Virus record (IMG/VR): IMGVR_UViG_3300049217_000071 | Coordinates: 186,001-250,000 of that record | Direction: 5' to 3' (one strand) | Length of the DNA stretch: 64,000 nucleotides | Part shown: positions 47,900 through 57,734 of the stretch, piece after piece | Layout of the letters: the number at the start of each line of letters is the position of its first letter | Position numbering within the stretch: the first letter of the stretch is position 1 | Position numbers and translations under genes: made by a program | The notes under the pieces: generated by a model | Databases searched by the model: none | Seen by the model: the letters and a program-made list of their open reading frames with translations, nothing else | Told to the model about the DNA's origin: nothing

Positions 47900-49138
47900 A
47901 TGCAGAAAACTGCTCAAAAACGAAGTCTTCTCAACCAATTAAGAGAAAAAGCCAACATTCCTGGCGCCATGATCGAGGGTTTCTTCAAGCCGGAACTCGA
48001 CAGGATTATGAACGATCTCAGAATGAAGGATGATAACATCCGCACCATCCTGACCGGTCAAAAGATTGGTAAGGCTGAGGTGAATTTCACTCCAGGTGCT
48101 TCTATCAAAGAATTGGTCAAGTCGGCCCGCAGAAACTTCAACCGTCGTGAGTACATGGCAGGAGTTGCTGATCTAGGACAGTTTCATAAGAGAATGTTCG
48201 AGGTCAAGAAGTATATCAAGGAGCTAGAACTAAGTGTGGCTAGAATTCATCATAACTTTTTGTTCCAACACCTGACCCCTAAGCAAAGAGAGCATATTGA
48301 AGGTTTAGAAAGCCATATGTCCGCCGTCCCCGAAGCTACTGCCGATCTACAAATCGATAACTTTATCAAGCGCGCTGGTTTGGTTGACTTTTTGCACAAC
48401 ATCGTTGATAAGCGTGGTCGTGCCTTAGCTATCTGGGAGAAAAAGTATCCTAACGTGGCTAAAGATTTGCGTGAAGGTGGCAATCGTCTCATTGATGCAG
48501 CCGATTCCATTTTAGCTGACACTCTTTCACTATTGAGAGAGATGGCTACCTACCGCGCCACTCGTAGTGTCGATAATTACCTAGAGTCTGCCAAGAAAAT
48601 CGTCAAGTGTTTTGATCGTTTTGATGCAGGCGACAGAGGTTTCCGTAGCTTCTATGAAAAAACCGTCAAGCCATATCTAATCACTCAGAAGCAAATAGAA
48701 AAAGAACAAGGCAGCTCTACTCCTGAACAAGCTCCAGCTCCTACCGCTACGGTTCCTGATCCAGGCGCTATGGGCGCCCAACCCGTAGCATCACCTGCGG
48801 AAGAGACCCCAGTTACCGAGAGAAGTGGTCCGCCATCTATGCAAGAAGATCCCGAAGCGTTTCTTGTCAATCAAAAACCAGCTACTCCACCAGCTAATGT
48901 GCCAGCTCAACTTGGTCCAACTCCCGACAAGTTGGCCCCAGTTGCTCCTGCGCCTAATCCACAACTTCCTTTGCCAGGAATTGCTCACAGCAAATTCATG
49001 GAATCACTAGAGTCTATGAGTGGGGAAGATCCTCGTATTTTGGCCAGCTACATTGCTAAGTATGCTAGATCAGTTCAGAGCAGTGATCCAGAAACGGCCC
49101 TCAAACTATTTGAAGTAGCAAGAAAAATCAAGGAGTAA
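47900..49138 (+). CDS. Putative head protein
   Basis: MQKTAQ start; Pro-rich linker. Confidence 0.55.
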   Translation: MQKTAQKRSLLNQLREKANIPGAMIEGFFKPELDRIMNDLRMKDDNIRTILTGQKIGKAEVNFTPGASIKELVKSARRNFNRREYMAGVADLGQFHKRMFEVKKYIKELELSVARIHHNFLFQHLTPKQREHIEGLESHMSAVPEATADLQIDNFIKRAGLVDFLHNIVDKRGRALAIWEKKYPNVAKDLREGGNRLIDAADSILADTLSLLREMATYRATRSVDNYLESAKKIVKCFDRFDAGDRGFRSFYEKTVKPYLITQKQIEKEQGSSTPEQAPAPTATVPDPGAMGAQPVASPAEETPVTERSGPPSMQEDPEAFLVNQKPATPPANVPAQLGPTPDKLAPVAPAPNPQLPLPGIAHSKFMESLESMSGEDPRILASYIAKYARSVQSSDPETALKLFEVARKIKE

Positions 49139-49140
49139 GA

Positions 49141-50289
49141 ATGGCCAATTTAGGATCCAATTTTTATCCTAAACTAGTTCAGATGACCACTGAGCTAGGG
49201 ATGAAACCAGAAGATCTCATCGCAGTGATGACGTCTGAATCTGGTATGAATCCGGACGCTCATAATCCTGGTGGTGCTTCTGGCCTGATTCAATTTATGC
49301 CTGGCACCCTCAAAGGCTTAGGATTTTCTGGGAGTACTGCCGAGTTTAGGCAGTTATCTGGAGAAGACCAACTTCCTTGGATAGAGAAGTATATCAAACA
49401 ACATATGGCCCAACAGGGTGGCAAATCATTTACCTCTGGTGGTCAATATTACGTAGCTAATCTCTGGCCGGTAGCTTTGCAACTACCAGGCGTACAACGA
49501 AGCGATCCTAATACTGTCATTCTAGAAAAGAATCCACAAGGACAGGGCGGATTTAGCCAAAAATATCTGGCTATCGGCTCTAAAATACCCGTATCAAATG
49601 AGGCTGCTGCCTATAAAGAAAACTACCCATTGTTTGACAAGGAAAAAAAGGGATACATCACATTAGGAGATCTAAATCGTCAGATAGATCAGAATAGGGG
49701 CACTCACATTTATCATAATAGCGTTTCCTCTATGCAAAATTCTACTGGATATCAGCCAACCAATCATCCAGTATTTCCGCAGCAAAACTTACCGCGTAAA
49801 GCGCCGGCTAACACCAATATGTTGGCCGAACTTAGTGGCCCTGGCGATCTAGACACCATTCTCAACAGATTCATTTCGATGTTTTCCGTAGCTTCCACAA
49901 AGATTTCTCTCAAGAGACTCTACAAGGAAGCTCTACCATCTCACGATATTCTCATCCAAATCAAAGCTCCTGATTATACGAGCGCTATCGAGTTCTCTCG
50001 AATTTTGTGCACAGCATTAGATGAGGAACTGCTCTCTACTTCTTTCACACACACGGATAGTCGTCAGGTGGAAGTGGAGTGCTCTATCCAAGGTCCCGCC
50101 AAGGAATGTTTTGCGGCCGTTCAGCAGTTAGCTCAGGCGGTAGCCGAAACTTTTCAAGATGCCACCGTTAAAATAGGTGGAATTGCAATTAAGACCAATT
50201 GCATTATGAATAAGAAGTCATTCTATCAACCTATTAGTTTGAGAACAGCCGACACTAACTATAGAAAATTCATCCTCAAATTTGTCTAA
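49141..50289 (+). CDS. SLT lytic transglycosylase domain protein
   Basis: ESGMNP.A..GASGLIQFMP. Confidence 0.85.
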   Translation: MANLGSNFYPKLVQMTTELGMKPEDLIAVMTSESGMNPDAHNPGGASGLIQFMPGTLKGLGFSGSTAEFRQLSGEDQLPWIEKYIKQHMAQQGGKSFTSGGQYYVANLWPVALQLPGVQRSDPNTVILEKNPQGQGGFSQKYLAIGSKIPVSNEAAAYKENYPLFDKEKKGYITLGDLNRQIDQNRGTHIYHNSVSSMQNSTGYQPTNHPVFPQQNLPRKAPANTNMLAELSGPGDLDTILNRFISMFSVASTKISLKRLYKEALPSHDILIQIKAPDYTSAIEFSRILCTALDEELLSTSFTHTDSRQVEVECSIQGPAKECFAAVQQLAQAVAETFQDATVKIGGIAIKTNCIMNKKSFYQPISLRTADTNYRKFILKFV

Positions 50290-50295
50290 GGAAAT

Positions 50296-50712
50296 GTGAT
50301 GCCATCAGAAAAAGAAGTCATAGATGCAATTAAGTTAGTCCAAGGCTCTGGCAAAACATTCGCTGAGTTCTTGGCCGAATTATTCAAGGACAAAATCATC
50401 GAAGTCTATGTAGGTGATGCCTATGAAGACGTCAGCACCGAACAAATCTCTACTACTTACCCTGCCGTCTTCTGTGGCAAGGTAGTGGCCGCTTACCGTG
50501 AATGTCTAGTTCTCAACTGTGCCTTCGTCAATAACAACCGCCATTTACAATTAGGTAATTTGATGTTTGTCAATGAGAGAGCCATCCGAGCCCTCAATGA
50601 AGTCGATGGTCTCGGCACTCTAGAAGATATGATGCTTCGCAGCAAAGAAACTTTGGATATCAAGCGATCTTTTCCAAATACTAAACCACATGTCAAACCA
50701 CCTACCAAATGA
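50296..50712 (+). CDS. Hypothetical protein
   Basis: 138-aa ORF with SD. Confidence 0.55.
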   Translation: MMPSEKEVIDAIKLVQGSGKTFAEFLAELFKDKIIEVYVGDAYEDVSTEQISTTYPAVFCGKVVAAYRECLVLNCAFVNNNRHLQLGNLMFVNERAIRALNEVDGLGTLEDMMLRSKETLDIKRSFPNTKPHVKPPTK

Positions 50713-51452
50713 ACGATGTCAACACTATCATACAACTGGCCAACGCCTATGAAAATGGGTGTTTAGAGAGCCTGGTCAAGCTTGCAAAAATTCGCAAGAT
50801 GCCAGACGGTAGGTATCGTGTATTGTCTCCAACGGGTAAGAATCTAGGGACTTATAAATCTCAAGAGGCTGCTAAGAAGCGTCATGAGCGAGAAGAGTTC
50901 GTCAAGAAATTTGATCATTCTAACGCAGAAGATGGGGCCAAGATCATTGACCTAACTGACATTGATGAATTCAGCTATTCAGCTATTATGCGTAAAGTTC
51001 GTGCTAAATGTAGTCCCGAACAGGTTAGGCAGTTTCTTGTTTTATACAAGAACCAATTTGATAGAGCTGTCAAGGGCAAGCTACACAGGCCAGAGCGAAT
51101 AGCTTTACAAACAGCTATGATCAAATTCAATAAGCTGTATAAGGTCAAGATTGATAAGAAGATGATCAAGAGTGCCGCTATTTCAGAATTGGGCAACTCT
51201 GAGCAAGTAGGGCAATATCTATCTGACATTGTCAAATTCGTTCTCAATAGATTGCCATTAGATAAGCGTCAACACGCCTTAGATAGTCTCAAACAAAAGT
51301 TTAGCACCTTGAGCGAACTAGATATTTCCAGCAAAGTGTTGCCACAGTCTTCCGCGCTGGGCCAATCTATTACCTTCGTCAAAACCGTCTTGTTCAACCA
51401 CGATGCCCGCTACGTTCGAGAAGTTCTAAACAGCCTGGTGAAACATCTATGA
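50709..51452 (+). CDS. Putative head-region protein
   Basis: KIRK..GRYRVLS..GKNLGTY.S...AKKR module. Confidence 0.55.
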   Translation: MNDVNTIIQLANAYENGCLESLVKLAKIRKMPDGRYRVLSPTGKNLGTYKSQEAAKKRHEREEFVKKFDHSNAEDGAKIIDLTDIDEFSYSAIMRKVRAKCSPEQVRQFLVLYKNQFDRAVKGKLHRPERIALQTAMIKFNKLYKVKIDKKMIKSAAISELGNSEQVGQYLSDIVKFVLNRLPLDKRQHALDSLKQKFSTLSELDISSKVLPQSSALGQSITFVKTVLFNHDARYVREVLNSLVKHL

Positions 51453-52216
51453 TTCAACGATTTCGCAAGGTGGCGCCTGGCTTGTATCGTGGTTCCGCAC
51501 CCGACCCGCAAGATGTTATGAAGCTCAAAGAACAATTGGGCATTCGCAAAATTGTGAGTCTAGATAAAGAGACTGGCGAAAAGATTGATCGTGCCTGTAA
51601 GTTATTGGGTATCAAACACATCAAACTATATTTGGATGGTAGTCGTAAAACTCTATTGCACTTTCTATCTCAAGATCTAAAAAAGGTTTTTTTAGAAGGT
51701 GGCCCCACTTTTATGCATTGCCACGAAGGCAAAGATAGAACTGGATTTGTTTCTGCTTTAGTGAAGTGTAAGTATTTAGGAATGGATCCTGAAAAAGCTA
51801 TTGAAGAGGCTAAATCCTTAGGCTTTGGTATTGGTGTGGATCCCTCTATTATACATCTCTACGAAAAGATCATTCGCTCTTGTAAAAAGGTCAAAGATAC
51901 TAATAATGCCGATATAGTGTCTACTGAAAGAGAATACCAAGGAGATAATCGTGATGGCTTTTTGGATGAAGTCAATCAAGGCTCCTTCGCCCCATATCTA
52001 GATCATACCCGTCAAAACCCAATGGACGCCCTTTATCCTTATACGCTAGATCAATCACCTACCCGTGAAAACTATCCAGATACATCATTATTTCAGTATG
52101 ATCCTAGTAAGGGAGACGCTGTTCCCAATGTTGGAGAGTTTGACAACGATGCAGGTCAGCGTGGTTTCGGCCCTTCCGAAAATTACAATGGATTCTTTTC
52201 AGATGTAGGTAAATAA
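51449..52216 (+). CDS. Cys-based protein tyrosine/dual-specificity phosphatase
   Basis: LYRGSAP, HCHEGKDRTG (CX5R). Confidence 0.88.
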   Translation: MIQRFRKVAPGLYRGSAPDPQDVMKLKEQLGIRKIVSLDKETGEKIDRACKLLGIKHIKLYLDGSRKTLLHFLSQDLKKVFLEGGPTFMHCHEGKDRTGFVSALVKCKYLGMDPEKAIEEAKSLGFGIGVDPSIIHLYEKIIRSCKKVKDTNNADIVSTEREYQGDNRDGFLDEVNQGSFAPYLDHTRQNPMDALYPYTLDQSPTRENYPDTSLFQYDPSKGDAVPNVGEFDNDAGQRGFGPSENYNGFFSDVGK

Positions 52217-52866
52217 TGATCAAGAAGGCATACAGTATACAAATGAGTTATGACGTGTCTGATAGTGAAAAACATCAGGCAGAGAAGGCACTTTTGTATT
52301 TCAATGTTACCGAGAAGTTGCTAATGCAAGCCTCGGACTACATGAATGTGATGAAGACTCCTTTTAAGGATAATCCAGACATGCAGCCAGATGACATTAT
52401 GAAGGCCCGCGCGGCTATCCGTCGTTTTAGAGATCATTGCATTGATGATTTCGATAAGTTCAAGCGTTCTGCTTTTCAGTGCGTCAATGCTATGCAGACT
52501 TTTTCCACTGACACCCAAACTCTCAAACTAATGAAGTCTTTCATCACCTCTATTGACGAATTAGAGACAAAAGTGAACGCTTTCTCAGATATCTTCAATG
52601 ACTTGCAATCCAAAGACTTTGCCAAGGACGTGGTAACGCACATCGAAGACATTCAGAAGCAGTGTGATGATATCGAAGAAATCATTGACGAAAGAGTCAA
52701 AAACCATATTCAGACTAATATTCTAGCTACCAGTTGGGTAGATGCTATTAGCAGCGATTTACAGATGAAGATTGAGCAAAAAACTCCTCTTATATTGGAT
52801 CTTTACAATAAAAGAGAAGATCAGCTCAACGATGCTATTGAAGAAAGGGGCACAGTGGGGAACTGA
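52216..52866 (+). CDS. Putative head-region helical protein
   Basis: MIKKAY start. Confidence 0.55.
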   Translation: MIKKAYSIQMSYDVSDSEKHQAEKALLYFNVTEKLLMQASDYMNVMKTPFKDNPDMQPDDIMKARAAIRRFRDHCIDDFDKFKRSAFQCVNAMQTFSTDTQTLKLMKSFITSIDELETKVNAFSDIFNDLQSKDFAKDVVTHIEDIQKQCDDIEEIIDERVKNHIQTNILATSWVDAISSDLQMKIEQKTPLILDLYNKREDQLNDAIEERGTVGN

Positions 52867-52886
52867 GGTTTCGGCTTCAAGGATGG

Positions 52887-52900
52887 TAATATCCTTACAT
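52887..52900 (+). promoter_or_regulatory. Representative of candidate late promoter motif B, YAAT-N6-RCAT
   Basis: Also at 41559, 47842 and 54123; variants at 32872, 52936, 32681 and 5208(-). Confidence 0.45.
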
Positions 52901-52981
52901 AATAAATGAAGTTGAGGCAACGCTGCAAATTGTAGCAATATTGCCTTATAATTATGTAGAGTCTCCGTTCGGAGAGAATAT

Positions 52982-53143
52982 ATGTCATTTATCAAACACG
53001 GTGATGGAAAAATAGTAGATGTTCTCGATGAGACCGATCTGACTGCTGAGCAAAAACAAGCGGTCAAGAAGATGTCGGAACAACTCGTCAAGCAATCTGA
53101 CGATGCAACTGATTCTTCTAAAACGAAGAAGTCAGGGAGTTAA
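52982..53143 (+). CDS. Small protein missing from the ORF track (MSFIKHGDGKIVDVLDE..., 53 aa)
   Basis: GGAGA SD; stop lies 5 nt before the protease start. Confidence 0.65.
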   Translation: MSFIKHGDGKIVDVLDETDLTAEQKQAVKKMSEQLVKQSDDATDSSKTKKSGS

Positions 53144-53148
53144 TATAC

Positions 53149-56100
53149 ATGACCATAATCAAACTGGGCGAAGCACACGAAATCAAACTAGAGTCGGCGG
53201 AGTCCTGTATTCCAGAAGTGAGCCCCGAGGTTCTAGAGAACTTTAGGAAGTTTGCTCAAAACCTCAAGAAGATCGCCCCTAAGGCTGAAGACTTCTTGTA
53301 TTTCTCTGCCGTTATGATGCATGCTGCCGAGGCCTCTTGTCTCAATGACGATGGCACTCCTAAACTAAATGTTCGAGGTGAAGCTGTCCAAGTAGGCTGG
53401 GATACCAGTAATGGAACTTGGAAATGGACTACCAATGATCCTAGCATTAAGCCTTATAAGAATTCTAATGGGGATATCTTCCCAGAATTAGAGTTAATCA
53501 AAGCTTACAAGAAATGGAAGCACAAGCCCCTCTGCGTGGATCATAAATCGAATTCGGTTGATCACGTCAGGGGCTTTATTGTTGATACTCACTACGATCG
53601 TAATCTCAAAAGAGTGATCGCATTATGTGCCTTAGATAAGGCTGGGTTTCCTCAACTAGCTCGTCAAATTTCTACTGGCGTTTCTAACTGCGTATCTATG
53701 GGTACGGCAGTGGGTCGTGCCATTTGCTATGATTGTCAAAGAGTCGCCCGCACGGAAGCCGATTTCTGCACTCATATGAAGAACAAGTCTTGCTACGGTG
53801 AAATAAACGTAGACCTCAATCCTATTGAACTTTCGATTGTGGTCAACGGTGCCGATCCTAGAGCCAGCATCAAGCATATTATCGCCGCAGCAAATACTCT
53901 TAATACCTATGTGGAGAATAAACAAAAGGAATTAGCTAAGTTAGCTGATCTTAACTTCAATGCTTCATTAAGTGTTGATGACCCACAAGGACAAGAAGGT
54001 TTGAGCCATACTCAGTTTCAAGTCAATGGCAATAATCTAGAAAAGTTCAAAGCTGACCTAGATCAAGCCTTTGCTAAACTATCTGAAATAGCCGGTACCG
54101 TAAAAAATACTGAAAAAGATACTAATCTTTCTGCATCTAATCAGTCGTCGGGTTCAATTGCGATGGATGAAGGCGCCCCGACTGATTCTGGATTGGCTCT
54201 CCAAACTCCGCAGACTGCAAGGTTTGCATCAGCAAGTGTAGAGGCGGAATCTCTAGCTGAACTTCACGAAATAACAGCCACTATTGAAGCAAAGCTAAAT
54301 CAAATGAAGCAGGGCTTAGAAAAACTAGCAGCTACTTCTACAAAAACACAAGAGGAAAATATGTCTGGATCAGAAAAACTAAAAGCACAAGGTTATTTCC
54401 AGGGCGCTGGTGGTGTTAACGAGCCTACTCCAGGCCAAGTTAAGTACCCTAAGGACCCACTTAATGAGCAACTTCGTGAACACGAAGACAAGCAGATGGT
54501 GGGCGAGCCTCCTTTCCCAGAAGTGGGACCAGTGGACGGCATGCATCCTTCTCCAAGTTCGGCTGATCCTTCCGACGAGTTAGCTCGTAAGAAGATGTTA
54601 GCTCGTGCTGATCTAGAAGAGCGCGCTATGAAGCGTAATGCCATCGTTCAGTTGGCAAAAGAAGCTCTAGAGAGCAAGTCTTACTTTCAAGGTGGCGGTG
54701 GCGTCAATGAGCCAACCCCAAACAAGCCAAAGTATCCAAAGGACAAGCTCAACGAAGAGCTACGTGAATACGAAGACAAGCAAATGGTTGGTCAACCACC
54801 ATTCCCAGGCGTAGGTCCTGTCGACGGTCTTCACCCATCCCCATTCTCCGCAGATCCAAAGGATGAATTGAAGCGTAAGAAAATGCTCGCCAGAGCTTCC
54901 TTGAGAGCCAGATTCGTCAAGGCTGCCAATGGTGACGGTACCCAGAACAAGTCCAAGAGTGCTTGGGAAGTTTTCCTAGGCGACAAGCTCCTATTGACTG
55001 CTTCTGTCGATGAACTATCCGGTGGACACACCGACATGTTGTATGACAGCATTGCTACCAAGGAATTTGGTGGTAAATTGATCGAAAAGGTCAAGGTCAA
55101 TGGTGCTCCAGCCGTAGCCCAACTAATCAAGAAGGCTCAGCCTATGCCTCCAGCCCCTCCGGGTGGTGATGCAGGTGCCCCTCCAGAAGCTCCAGACCCA
55201 GATGCTGGTCCTCCAGTAGAAGATGCTGGTAAGTCTGGTGATCCAAAGCAACACGCTATGGAATTGGCTAAGACAGTTAGAGACACTGCCTCCGATTTGA
55301 TGGAAGCTGTTCGCGCCCTTACCGGCGAGAGCGCTGAAATGGGTGGTGAAGGTTCTAGCGCACCAGAAGGTGGCGTTGGTGGACCAGCAGGTGGACCAGC
55401 CGCGATGGCTGATGACTCCTCAGGTTCCGGCTCTGCTACAGGCAAGACCTCTACCGCTGAAGGTTTTAGTACTGCAACTCTCAATAACTTGAGAAAGGAA
55501 CTCAACAGTTCTCTAACTCTCGCTATGAAAGAAGCTGTCGCTGAACTCAACGATCACGGTCAAGAATTGGACATGATTGTCAGCATGTACGACAAGGGTG
55601 CTGTTACCGATCAAAACTCTGACTTCGTCAACAACGTCGTAACCGACGCCTTGAATGAAGCCAAGACTACCGTGGCTGACGGATTCAAGCTAATGACCGC
55701 TTTCGTCAAGTATGCCCGTGGTACTCAAGCTATTGTCAAGCGTGCTGAGATCGAAACCGAACTTCAAGCACTTGCAACTGAAGGAGATACTATGAGCGAT
55801 ACAAAAGATAGTCACTCCGCAGATGGCGGTGACTTAATGGGACTAATCAACGACACCAACGCAGATCTAGACGCTGTCAAGATGATGGTTGATGATAATG
55901 ACCACGAAGGTGGCATGGAAGGACTAGATGACTTAGATGACTTAGGTGATCTAGGACTCGATGGTCTATCCGAAGGTTTAGTTGATGATAACGCTGGTGT
56001 GATGGTTGATACCCCAGCCAAAGCCGCAGAGGTTACCAAAATGAATCCAGATGCTAGTGTAAAAGTTGCCTCCTTTGATACCAAAGAGGGCCGCGCAGCT

Positions 56101-56838
56101 CTAAGAGCCAAGTTGGCCGCTGATGCTACCGGCAAGGAAGAGAATGGAGAAATCCAGGATGCTTCCAAGATTAAGTTCAGTGATATGTTGGATCAAGCCG
56201 ACAAGTTGACTGATGGTCAAACTCAATTGGATGTTAAGCCATCCGATAGTCTTGGATTGGTAGAAACTCTACCAGAAGTTAATAAGGCTATGTTGGAACT
56301 TGCTAAGGCTCCACCAAACGTCCGTAAGGAAGCTGCTGCAATCCAGAAACTCGTTTCTGAAGGCAAGCTAGATCCAAAGGATGTGGACGCTCTAGTCGCA
56401 GAAGGTCTAGACAAGGAAGCTGTCTCTTACTGGAAGAAATACTACGGTGAAGTTGATGGTGGCGGTGAATTTGCCAGTGAATTGGTGAAGGAACATGTCA
56501 AGTCCGCAATGGCCGAAGAACTAAACCAGTTCAGAGTCAAGCTAGCTCGTGCCTACGAATTAGCTTATGATATGGCTGACCGTGGACTATGTCATCACGA
56601 AAGACCAGCAATTAGCGCTCAAGTGGATGAAATCATGAAGTTCAATGATGAATCCTTTGACTCTCTCAAGAGAGTAGTTGCTCGTCACACTCCATTACTT
56701 CACAAGGAAGCTGGACGTATCCCACAAGTTGGTTTGAGAGGTGATCAAGATGTCACCCCATCTACCCAAGCAGTGGTTGAAGAGGATGCATATGCACAGC
56801 TATCTTCAATGTTCGGCACCAAACGCGGTGTGTTCTAA
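53149..56838 (+). CDS. Prohead maturation protease (HK97/assemblin clan)-scaffold fusion
   Basis: PLCVDH..VRGFIVD, VSMG, ELSIVVNGADP.A in the N-terminal ~260 aa; long helical/acidic remainder. Confidence 0.8.
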   Translation: MTIIKLGEAHEIKLESAESCIPEVSPEVLENFRKFAQNLKKIAPKAEDFLYFSAVMMHAAEASCLNDDGTPKLNVRGEAVQVGWDTSNGTWKWTTNDPSIKPYKNSNGDIFPELELIKAYKKWKHKPLCVDHKSNSVDHVRGFIVDTHYDRNLKRVIALCALDKAGFPQLARQISTGVSNCVSMGTAVGRAICYDCQRVARTEADFCTHMKNKSCYGEINVDLNPIELSIVVNGADPRASIKHIIAAANTLNTYVENKQKELAKLADLNFNASLSVDDPQGQEGLSHTQFQVNGNNLEKFKADLDQAFAKLSEIAGTVKNTEKDTNLSASNQSSGSIAMDEGAPTDSGLALQTPQTARFASASVEAESLAELHEITATIEAKLNQMKQGLEKLAATSTKTQEENMSGSEKLKAQGYFQGAGGVNEPTPGQVKYPKDPLNEQLREHEDKQMVGEPPFPEVGPVDGMHPSPSSADPSDELARKKMLARADLEERAMKRNAIVQLAKEALESKSYFQGGGGVNEPTPNKPKYPKDKLNEELREYEDKQMVGQPPFPGVGPVDGLHPSPFSADPKDELKRKKMLARASLRARFVKAANGDGTQNKSKSAWEVFLGDKLLLTASVDELSGGHTDMLYDSIATKEFGGKLIEKVKVNGAPAVAQLIKKAQPMPPAPPGGDAGAPPEAPDPDAGPPVEDAGKSGDPKQHAMELAKTVRDTASDLMEAVRALTGESAEMGGEGSSAPEGGVGGPAGGPAAMADDSSGSGSATGKTSTAEGFSTATLNNLRKELNSSLTLAMKEAVAELNDHGQELDMIVSMYDKGAVTDQNSDFVNNVVTDALNEAKTTVADGFKLMTAFVKYARGTQAIVKRAEIETELQALATEGDTMSDTKDSHSADGGDLMGLINDTNADLDAVKMMVDDNDHEGGMEGLDDLDDLGDLGLDGLSEGLVDDNAGVMVDTPAKAAEVTKMNPDASVKVASFDTKEGRAALRAKLAADATGKEENGEIQDASKIKFSDMLDQADKLTDGQTQLDVKPSDSLGLVETLPEVNKAMLELAKAPPNVRKEAAAIQKLVSEGKLDPKDVDALVAEGLDKEAVSYWKKYYGEVDGGGEFASELVKEHVKSAMAEELNQFRVKLARAYELAYDMADRGLCHHERPAISAQVDEIMKFNDESFDSLKRVVARHTPLLHKEAGRIPQVGLRGDQDVTPSTQAVVEEDAYAQLSSMFGTKRGVF
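54394..54897 (+). repeat. Two copies (288-nt period) of a ~72-aa module YFQG.GGVNEPTP...RKKMLARA
   Basis: Seen in the translation. Confidence 0.9.
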
Positions 56839-56868
56839 AGCTTAACCTGACTCCAAGAGGATGAATAA

Positions 56869-57651
56869 ATGAAAAACCAAAGCGTATCAGATTTTGTCGC
56901 TGCAACTATGGATGCAGTGCTAAACAGCCCAGAACACAAAGCCTTGTTCGGCTCCCAATACAAGTATGCACAGTCCAAGGATGCTATGTGCGCCAAGCAC
57001 GGCAAAATGGACTCTTGCGCAGCCGATGATCAAGATGCCAAGAAGAAGGACTCTAGCTCTGCCTCTGACATGAACGATGCCAGAAAAGTAAAGAAGTATG
57101 ACTCTTCTGATGCAGATGACCAGGATGCTAAGAAGAAAGACTCTTCCGATGCTGATGATCAAGATGCTAAGAAGATGCCACCATGGCTAAAGAAGAGGGA
57201 CGAATCTTCTGCTGACGATCAAGATGCCAAGAAGAAAGATTCTTCTGACGCAGATGATCAAGACGCCAAGAAGAAAGACTCTTCCGATGCTGACGATCAA
57301 GATGCCAAAAAGAAGGACTCTTCTGACGCTGATGATGACGACCTAGAGGCTTCTGCCGCTTTTGATATTGCTATCGATAGTTTGCTCACCGCCTCCGCCG
57401 CTCTTGATTCCGTGGGTCTCGGTAAGGGCTCTTCAGTTATCTTGAAGGTAGCTTCTTTGGTTGTTGAAGCCAAGAAGAAGGAAAAGGATTCCAAGAAAAA
57501 GAAGAAGGAAGACTCTAAGAAGAGTGATTCCAAGAAGTCTTCTACCAAGGATTCTCAATCCGCTAAGGACAAGAAGTCTCCTCCAAAGAAAGACTCCAAG
57601 AAGGATGAGAAGAAATCCTCTTCCAAGCCTTCCTCTTCTTCCAAGAAGTAA
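56869..57651 (+). CDS. Low-complexity D/K/S-rich putative internal head protein
   Basis: GAGGA SD; DSSDADDQDAKKK repeats. Confidence 0.65.
   Translation: MKNQSVSDFVAATMDAVLNSPEHKALFGSQYKYAQSKDAMCAKHGKMDSCAADDQDAKKKDSSSASDMNDARKVKKYDSSDADDQDAKKKDSSDADDQDAKKMPPWLKKRDESSADDQDAKKKDSSDADDQDAKKKDSSDADDQDAKKKDSSDADDDDLEASAAFDIAIDSLLTASAALDSVGLGKGSSVILKVASLVVEAKKKEKDSKKKKKEDSKKSDSKKSSTKDSQSAKDKKSPPKKDSKKDEKKSSSKPSSSSKK
57025..57340 (+). repeat. Tandem ~39-nt coding repeats (DSSDADDQDAKKK, about 7 copies)
   Basis: Units diverge at synonymous positions. Confidence 0.9.
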
Positions 57652-57664
57652 ATCGTAATAGTTG

Positions 57665-57734
57665 CACCCTCAGAAGGAATTGAACCTCCGCTCCCATAGT
57701 TTAGCAGACCTGGGCAGGAACCACCAATGAGGGT
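57665..57734 (-). tRNA. Non-canonical tRNA-Ser(GCU)-like RNA, 70 nt, with vestigial D-arm, short variable loop and no encoded CCA
   Basis: ACCCUCA/UGAGGGU acceptor stem plus G73; GGAGG-UUCAAUU-CCUUC T-arm; CU-GCU-AA loop. Confidence 0.7.

Noticed and set aside
57025-57340. ~39-nt periodic repeats as a CRISPR array
   Set aside because: In-frame coding repeats with synonymous variation and no unique spacers
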